From: an uncultured Candidatus Binatia bacterium | GTDB lineage: Bacteria; Desulfobacterota; Binatia; UBA9968; JAJDTQ01 | Assembly: GCA_965242525.1 (NCBI GenBank) | Contig: OZ251459.1 | Coordinates: 160,001-224,000, forward strand | Direction: 5' to 3' | DNA length: 64,000 bases | Shown here: positions 61,701 to 64,000 of the stretch, one piece after another | Layout: the number at the start of each line of letters is the position of its first letter | Numbering within the stretch: position 1 is the stretch's first letter | The notes under the pieces: generated by a model | Databases searched by the model: none | Told to the model about the DNA's origin: nothing | What the model saw: the letters and a program-made list of their open reading frames with translations, nothing else | Made by a program: the position numbers and the translations under genes

Positions 61701-64000
61701 GCGAGCGTGACGCTCACGATTGAGGACGACGAGGCGGCGCCGACGGCGACGCTGGCGGTAGCGGACAGGGCCATCAACGAGAACGGCGGCACGACGACGG
61801 TGACGGCGACGTTGAGCCACGCATCAAGCGTGGCGACGACGGTCACCGTGCAGCCGAAGGCGGGCGCCTACACGGTGGGTGCGGACGCCACGATCACGAT
61901 CGCTGCGGGCGAGACGGAGAACGCGGCCGACGGCGTGACGATCACGGCGGTAGACGACGCGATCGACAACGTGGTGAACCGCACGGCGACGGTGACCGGA
62001 ACGGCGCAGAACGGCCACGGTGTGGGGACGGTCACGGGCGCGAGACTCACCCTGACCGACGACGAGGGAGCGCCGACGGCGACGCTGGTGCTGAGCGATG
62101 CGACGATCGACGAGCACGACGGGACCAATCCCGGGTCGGCGACGGTGACCGCGACGCTGAACCGGGCCTCGACCGAGGCGGTAACGCTGACGGTAGTCGC
62201 CGCCGCCGGAACGAACGCGGCGGCGACGGACTTCAGTCTGTCGAGTACAAAGACTCTGACCATCGCGGCCGGGGACACGAGCAGCACCGGCACGGTGACG
62301 GTGACCGCGATCGACAACACGGTCGACGCGCCGGACAAACGGGTGAGCATCTCGGCATCGGTGAGCGGCGACAGCGGGGTTGCCGCGCCGACAAGCGTGA
62401 CGCTGACCATTGAGGACGACGAAGCGGCGCCGACGGTCGCGCTGGCGGTAGCGGACGCCTCGATCTCCGAGAACGGCGGCACGACCACGGTGACGGCGAC
62501 GCTGAGCCACACGTCGAGCGCGGCGACTACGATCACCGTGGAGCCGGAGGCGGGCGCCTACACGGTGGGCGCGGACGCGACGATCACGATTGCGGCGGGC
62601 GAGACGGAGAACGCGACCGACAGCGTGACGATCACGGCGGTGAACGACGCCGTGGACAACGTAGGCGACCGCGCCGTGACGGTGACCGGAACGGCGCAGA
62701 ACGGCCACGACGTGGGGACCGTCACCGGAGCGGCGCTGACGCTGACCGACGACGAGGAGACGCCGGAGGCGACGCTGGCGCTGAGCCCGGCGGCGATCGA
62801 CGAACACGACGGGACGAATCCGGGGTCGAGCACGGTGACGGCCACGCTGAACCGTGCATCGACCGAGGCGGTGACGCTGACGGTGGCAGCGACGGCAGGG
62901 ACGAACGCGGCGGCCAGCGACTTCAGCCTGTCGTCCGCAAAGACGCTGACCATCGCGGCGGGGGACACGAGCAGCACCGGCACGGTGACGGTGACCGCGG
63001 TGGACAACACGGCGGACGCGCCGGACAAGCAGGTGACGGTGTCGGCGTCGGTGAGCGGCGACAGCGGCGTGGCGGCCCCGTCGAACGTGACCCTGACGAT
63101 CGAGGACGACGAGGCAGCGCCGACGGTAGCGCTGGCGGTAACGCACAACCCGATCTCCGAGAACGGCGGCACGACGACGGTGACGGCCGCGTTGAGCCAT
63201 CCGTCGAGCGCCGCGACCACGATCACCGTGTCGGCGGCGGCCGGGGATCACACGGTGGCGGCGGACTTCGAGCAGACAGGGACGGCGCTCAGCATCGCCG
63301 CCGGAGACACGACCAGCACCGGAACGGTGACGATCGCGGCGGTGGACGACGACGAGGACGCGGCCCACGACAAGACGGTGACGGTGACCGGTTCCGCGCA
63401 GAACAGCCAGGGGGTGGGTAGGGTGACCGGGGCCAGCCTCACCCTCACCGACGACGACGTGAACAAGGTTCCGAGCTTCGGGACGGTGATCGAGGACCAG
63501 GAATGGCCGGTAGCGACGGAAATCGCGCGGCTCGACCTGCCGCAGGCGACCGGCGGGGACGGCCCGCTGACGTACACGATGTCGCCGGCGCTGCCGTCGT
63601 GGCTGACGCGGGACGGGTTTGCGGTGACCGGGACCACGCCGGCGCTTTCGGTGGCGGGCAGGGACTACACGTGGACGGCGCGGGACTCCGACGGGGACGT
63701 GGCGGAGCTGACGTTCGAGATCGCCGTGTCGGAGACCACGGTGGACCCGGAGGGCGGGATGCTGTCGCTGGCGATCTCATCGCCGCGCGTGACGGAGGGA
63801 GCATCGGGCGCGACGGCGGCGCTGAGCTACGCGGTGACGCTGAGCTCGGCGAGCACCGAGCAGGTGACGGTGAAGTATGCGGACGCGGGTACGGGGACGG
63901 CGGCGTCGGGGACCGACTACGCGGCGCTCAGTGCGGGGACGCTGACGTTTGCGCCCGGCGACACGAGCAAGACGGTAACGGTGACGGTGACCGGCGACGG
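43704..64000 (+). CDS. Giant secreted repetitive surface protein/adhesin (at least 6765 aa; Ig-like, putative-Ig and Calx-beta-like repeats); 3'-truncated by the window
   Basis: ATG at 43704 gives a signal peptide (MKRRIHRHRAVACPRTAFLRAFLAVAAVVALLTSALPSGA|QT). The same frame reads sensibly at every point checked through to DTSKTVTVTVTGD at the window end. The ORF track lists no closed ORF in this frame, consistent with no stop. Confidence 0.9.
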   Translation, partial: MKRRIHRHRAVACPRTAFLRAFLAVAAVVALLTSALPSGAQTGAPEVRGVYVTSSPSKASETEFRPYDQGDHVDVQVLFSQAVTVTGAPRLALTIGSRTRHAAFRSVSGGNVFFRYEVMGGDRDADGISVAADALTLNGGAIEAGGVAAALGLGSHALGNQANHRVDGGWPTYGGVAQPAYAFTRGTRGSFTLPAAADANSWTTYALAAPPALPGGLSFDPATRVLSGAPQVGMAKTAYTLNVFHLVGPGRNVLADSLTFTVTAAGATPAVSGVSIASSPASGASYATGENIDVEVTFNYPVTVTGAPRLALAIGSATRQAAYRTHSGSTVSFRYPVAAADVDRDGIGIAAGALTLNGGSIEASNVVAALGLGSHAITNDSGHSVNDPQPSFGSATVADRHWTAGTAASLQLPQATGGDGTVSYTLTGPGAVTSLSLPQGLVWSAATRTISGTPGAAAAAASYTWTATDGDGDTARLSFDVTVAAANAPKPIGLAFHTQPGFDGDYAAGERIEAYIQFDQLVTVTGSPRLALDVGGVVRHAAYSRSSSDVDELAFKYTVTSSDFDGDGVSIRAGALSLNGGTIVGADAAAVPASLAIAAYARINAAGHTVRDTQPAFSGAASAAARSLAKDAATATDLPRATGGDGALTYGISPALPAGLALGSARPTITGTPTAAGATTHTLTATDADGDAATLGPFTITVVDGAPAISDVTIASVPYANGSYGLKELIQVTLKFDRGVVGRNLSLSRLALDVGGTTRLARYNGFHRNGGWLYEYVVQAADLDTDGISIGTDALALNGSALTHHETGVAASTVLGTHAITNAAAHKVDGSAATALAVESVRILSTPASSDGYDVGEKIRTQVTFSRPVTITGNPRLALAIGNDVRQVTGYPPSWVTDELVFAYTVTANDRDADGVSVGASALTLNGATIRDADGADAALALGTNAITNASAHKVYTPARVTGVTISSSPGANGAYDVGETIDVDLSWSQRVVHSGNGGWPRLALTIGANTRQVPWNHAAYGIAPYRYSYTVTASDWDGDGISIGADALTVPSGSHLKGNGNVAAVLSLGTHAIANDSGHTVRDGKPAFGSVAARPYLLNVAVSDELPAATGGDAPVTYALTGPGTAATLSLPAGLSWEADTRTLSGAPQSETAAASYTLTATDTDGDTATASFDLSVVTEPLVTGLTITSSPASGDTYAAGETITAEVTFDQVLTVTGAPQLALSVGDATRQAAGSHTTGESKIAFRYTLGTADRDADGISVAAGALTLNGATIRNAKGEDARLGLGANALAAQTGHKVSAPPKITGVELHSNRLRCCWGVQPDGWADSRQTDHNRFPPALVYVEVTFDQTVAVTGTPHVALRIGSATRQAVYDSFLSRILANRAHQPGDVSVAGFYYELQPGDHDGDGVSVAADALTLGSGEIRDAEGEDAVTGLGAHAITNDPDIRVADTAPSFAASAESTRRYLLNLRANDRLPAATGGDGTVTYTLTGPGAATTLSLPAGLAWSAATQTISGTPTTAAAAASYTLTATDADGDAATVTFSLAVVTDPVVTDVAITSSPASGDAYAAGETITVDVTFDQSVTVEGTPNLALTIGSEARKAGGSHLPGQSKITFSYRVAANDRDANGISIAADALTLNGGTIRNAKGEDMRLGLGAHAVVGAAGHKVSAPPRVVEVKLDTTDLACCWSTQPSGWADPRQTATNRFAPAVVIAAVTFDQAVVFGGSGTPSLALTIGARTRQAAYNGYISRRMARSTGRDLARVLAFQYTLQPSDFDGDGISIRAGALSLPSGMTMRDREGEPAVLGLGAHAIANDPAYRVRDTAPSFGTAAIQPQHWLARVAGSLTLPTATGDGSISYALTPAQRPSWLAFDAATRVLSGTPPGSVERTTWTWTATDGDGDATALTFPLTVASARAPRVFDVKFISTPAAHSTYPPGAMIKAGVKFDKGVTVTGVPTLDLDIGGAARQAAYVGTQNGYLVFDYTVLQEDYDTDGVSIGSGALAHPATGNGGIFDAANGATRAALGLGSHAITNAIGHQVGSPPRVTGVSVRSTPQQAGTYTRGATITVQVDFDQTVTVTGAPRLALAIGGQTRQAVAAAGTGTAYIRFSYTVAAADADTDGIGVAAGALTLNGATIRDADGQDAVLDLGSHARAAFANAKVDGSMTGLWPVFGAAAGPDLALTVGTAATHALPTATGGDGTLRYAVSPALPAGLVVNAATGVLSGTPGMESPRTAYTLTATDTHGDAATLVFHLKAAGTRPVVSGVTVASTPLSGDTYGASEEIRVDVTFERTGTGAMMVRGAPRLALTIGGRTRQATFLSVSGATLRFRYTAQAEDRDTDGIAVAAGALTLNGGLIRDAAGNNAILGLGSHALGAQASHKVDGSAGRAPAVTGVRVISTPASGDTYSYGETIEVEVRFDQAVGVSGTPNLALTLGSATAPAAWNRAGTSPTKQIFRRVVAAADVDPDGLSVAAGALTLNRGTIRNVAGTNAALGLGSRALGNQASHKVNGANAAAPAVTGVAIRSFQSDGWYDHGETIEARVTFSKAVTVTKATVRGEDFWPELTLTIGGTARKASYHAASGRSVDFRYTVRDPDHDPDGISIGARALDSHGAITYDVGAAADRVLSGVVDLGSHALGNQTSHKVDGRTAAVTGVTINTTPANSAGYGAGETIRVQVNFSDLVDKWSGSSRLALTIGDNTRHASLSHSIGPRHSRSLYYEYTVRSTDRDADGISIAAGALTGSLRRREGNPVNFALGSHALGAQAAHKVTGAVVTPRVTSVTMIGFPQSNQTFTLGEEIRVRVTFDVPIVASGGAPRLALAIGNATHRLNGQLLALIHALEFSHTVGPSDRDADGISIAAGALTLPAGATLRSRLGAAAALGLGSQAMTNDARFKVDGSSNPAAAGEVKLSGSARHDTFLTGERFKISVHYDKTVTVTGTPTVALQVGSVTRRVPLSNNIGRTLSSYRGRAPNFYYTVQHGDRDPDGISIGADALRLEGASITGPGGKAAQLRFTNSIVNDSMFKVGGAARPTPTFGAAVVPARVWTVGVPVDFTLPPATDGDGTLTYALTGPGTSAATLSLPRGLTYSATSTGAFGGGRISGTPAVDANPATYRLTATDTDGDAATLDFTIRVMRDLTPRFEATVDDREWIEDAAIDAFDLPAAVSGNGTLTYTLSPALPGGVSRADRRVSGAPDAAAARTEYTWTATDADGDEGSLTFHVTVAEDTAPSFGDATIDDQSWKQGSQITAVILPEATGGNGPLTHVLRQEGLPAGVELDGRVLQGTPTAVWELVEYTWRATDQDGDRAELTFDLEVYADLQPSFGDATLDDRTWIERQAITAFTLPAATGGDGDLTYALTPALPAGVSRDAATREVSGTPSATLAATVYTWTATDADGDRAELSFTAAVDGIPTFGDRTIAEAEWVKGVAIAAFTLPEVTGGDGRVTYALTADAPHTGLPAGVVRDAATHEVTGTPTATRARAEYTWTATDTDGDEASLSFHAAVVEPPVVTLALSPAAIDEHDGTNPGSAEVTATLDKASRADVTVTVAAAAGTNAAAGDYALSNAVTLTIAAGETTSTGTVTVTAVDNAVDAPDKEVTVSATVSGNSGAADPASVTLTIRDDEAAPAVVLAVADGAVAEDGGTTTVTATLSHASSAATTVTVAGVEGAYTVDSSDATITIAAGETENATDTVTITAVNDDVDNVGDRAVTVTGTAANAQAAAESETVAVTGAALTLTDDEATPVATLALSAAAIDEHDGTNPGSATVTATLDGASSEAVTLTVAASAGTNAASGDFSLSGTNTLTIAAGETSSTGTVTVTAVDNTADAPDKEVTVSATVSGDSGVADPASVTLTIDDDDAAPTVTLAVADGAIAEDGGTTTVTATLSHASSAATTVTVQPEAGAYTVDADATITIAAGETENATGSVTITAVNDAVDNVGDRAVTVTGTAANAQAAAESETVAVTGAALTLTDDEDTPAVTLLLSDATIDEHDGTNPGSATVTATLDRASSEAVTLTVAASAGTNAEGGGVSLPGAQSPTDGPGERTSTGAVTGTSTDDRDFTLSSARTLTIAAGERTSTGTVTVTAVDDTVDAPDKQVTVSATVSGDSGVADPSSVTLTIEDDEAAPTVVLAVADASISENGGTTTVTATLSHMSSAATTVTVQPEAGAYTVDAAATITIAAGETENAADSVTITAVNDDVDNVGDRAVTVTGTAANAQAAAESATVAVTGAALTLTDDEATPEATLALSPATIDEHDGTNPGAATVTATLNRASTEAVTLTVAATAATNAADGDFSLSSAKTLTIAAGDTSSTGTVTVTAVDNTADAPDKEVTVSAAASGDSGVADPASVTLTIEDDEAAPTVALAVADASISEDGGTTAVTATLSHASSAATTVTVQPEAGAYTVGADATITIAAGETTNAADSVTITAVNDAVDNVGDRAVTVTGTAANAQAAAESATVAVTGAALTLTDDEDTPEATLALSPATIDEHDGTNPGAATVTATLNRASTEAVTLTVAAAAGTNAAATDFSLSAAETLTIAAGETSSTGTVTVTAVDNAVDAPDKEVTVSATASGDSGVADPASVTLTIEDDEAAPTVVLAVADASISENGGTTAVTATLSHASSAATTITVQPEAGAYTVGADATITIAAGETTNATDSVRITAVNDAVDNVGDRAVTVTGTAANAQAAAESETVAVTGAALTLTDDEDTPVATLALSEATIDEHDGTNPGSATVTATLDRASSEAVTLTVAAAAGTNAASGDFSLSVAKTLTIAAGETSSTGTVTVTAVDNTADAPDKEVTVSAAVSGDSGIAAPTNVTLTIEDDEAAPTVALAVADASISENGGTTTVTATLSHASSAATTITVEPEAGAYTVDADATITIAAGETENATDSVTITAVNDAVDNVGDRAVTVTGMAANAQAAAESETVAVTGAALTLTDDEATPAVTLALSDAAIDEHDGTNLGSATVTATLDRASSEAVTLTVAVAAGTNAAASDFSLSSTKTLTIAAGETSSTGTVTVTAVDNTVDAPDKQVTVSATVSGDSGIAAPTNVTLTIEDDEAAPTVALAVADASISENGGTTTVTATLSHASSAVTTITVQPEAGTYTVGAAATITIAAGETENAADSVTITAVNDAVDNVGDRAVTVTGTAANAQAAAESATVAVTGAALTLTDDEDTPEATLALSPATIDEHDGTNPGAATVTATLNRASTEAVTLTVAAVAGTNAATTDFNLSSTKTLTIAAGDTSSTGTVTVTAVDNTADAPDKEVTISASVSGDSGVADPSSVTLTIEDDEAAPTVALAVADASISENGGTTAVTATLSHASSAATTITVQPEAGAYTVDADATITIAAGETENATDSVTITAVNDAVDNVGDRAVTVTGTAANAQAAAESATVAVTGAALTLTDDETTPTATLALSPATIDEHDGTNPGSATVTATLNRASSEAVTLTVAAAAGTNAAATDFSLSAAKTLTIAAGETSSTGTVTVTAVDNTADAPDKEVTVSATVSGDSGVADPASVTLTIEDDEAAPTVALAVADASISENGGTTAVTATLSHASSAATTVTVQPEAGAYTVGADATITIAAGETENATDSVTITAVNDAVDNVGDRAVTVTGTTANAQAAAESETVAVTGAALTLTDDEDTPEATLALSPATIDEHDGTNPGSATVTATLNRASTEAVTLTVAAAAGTNAAATDFSLSAAKTLTIAAGETSSTGTVTVTAVDNTADAPDKEVTVSATVSGDSGVADPASVTLTIEDDEAAPTVALAVADASISENGGTTAVTATLSHASSAATTVTVQPEAGAYTVGADATITIAAGETTNATDSVTITAVNDAVDNVGDRAVTMTGTAANAQAAAESETVAVTGAALTLTDDEDTPVATLALSDATIDEHDGTNPGSATVTATLNRASSEAVTLTVAATAGTNAASGDFSLSAAKTLTIAAGETSSTGTVTVTAVDNTADAPHKQVTVSATVSGDSGVAAPASVTLTIEDDEAAPTATLAVADRAINENGGTTTVTATLSHASSVATTVTVQPKAGAYTVGADATITIAAGETENAADGVTITAVDDAIDNVVNRTATVTGTAQNGHGVGTVTGARLTLTDDEGAPTATLVLSDATIDEHDGTNPGSATVTATLNRASTEAVTLTVVAAAGTNAAATDFSLSSTKTLTIAAGDTSSTGTVTVTAIDNTVDAPDKRVSISASVSGDSGVAAPTSVTLTIEDDEAAPTVALAVADASISENGGTTTVTATLSHTSSAATTITVEPEAGAYTVGADATITIAAGETENATDSVTITAVNDAVDNVGDRAVTVTGTAQNGHDVGTVTGAALTLTDDEETPEATLALSPAAIDEHDGTNPGSSTVTATLNRASTEAVTLTVAATAGTNAAASDFSLSSAKTLTIAAGDTSSTGTVTVTAVDNTADAPDKQVTVSASVSGDSGVAAPSNVTLTIEDDEAAPTVALAVTHNPISENGGTTTVTAALSHPSSAATTITVSAAAGDHTVAADFEQTGTALSIAAGDTTSTGTVTIAAVDDDEDAAHDKTVTVTGSAQNSQGVGRVTGASLTLTDDDVNKVPSFGTVIEDQEWPVATEIARLDLPQATGGDGPLTYTMSPALPSWLTRDGFAVTGTTPALSVAGRDYTWTARDSDGDVAELTFEIAVSETTVDPEGGMLSLAISSPRVTEGASGATAALSYAVTLSSASTEQVTVKYADAGTGTAASGTDYAALSAGTLTFAPGDTSKTVTVTVTGD
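54237..63460 (+). repeat. 13 tandem coding repeats of about 705 bp (235 aa, paired Calx-beta-like domains)
   Basis: Marker ATCGA(C/T)GA(G/A)CACGACGG at about 54270, 54978, 55683, 56481, 57186, 57891, 58596, 59301, 60006, 60711, 61416, 62106 and 62796; all spacings are multiples of 3. Confidence 0.92.

Noticed and set aside
54237-63460. Possible DGR template/variable repeat pair or CRISPR-like array
   Set aside because: The repeats are in-frame protein domains, the differences do not appear adenine-specific and no reverse transcriptase is in the window.
43599-63804. Long and repeated minus-strand ORFs (1474 aa, 1237 aa, many 227-aa copies) over the adhesin
   Set aside because: Antisense shadows of the GC-rich repetitive plus-strand gene; their periodicity simply mirrors the 705-bp repeats.

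Overview
High-GC bacterial genomic window, probably from a host-associated (e.g. sponge-symbiont-like) deltaproteobacterial-type organism; the taxon is inferred from gene content only. The first 22 kb holds an oxalate/formyl-CoA catabolic cluster (oxc-like ThDP enzyme, frc, ADP-forming acyl-CoA ligase), a TAXI-like protein with an amidase, and an arylsulfotransferase. These are interleaved with defence-type cargo: two single-chain restriction-modification enzymes, an uncharacterised three-gene cassette ending in a possible ADP-ribosyltransferase-like toxin, a deleted AAA ATPase, a GIY-YIG remnant and an OLD-like ATPase-TOPRIM nuclease. REP palindromes and a 141-bp MITE-like element are dense in this part. 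The 22-42 kb part encodes many amidohydrolases, two orphan family-5 solute-binding proteins, a Zn alcohol dehydrogenase, a GH65, a thiolase-like/DUF35 pair and class I fumarase. A ROK regulator is divergent from a giant secreted adhesin-like gene (43704 to beyond 64000, at least 6765 aa) that the ORF track omits because it has no stop codon in the window. It contains about 18 framework-conserved, loop-hypervariable Ig-like domains and 13 tandem ~705-bp Calx-beta-like repeats.
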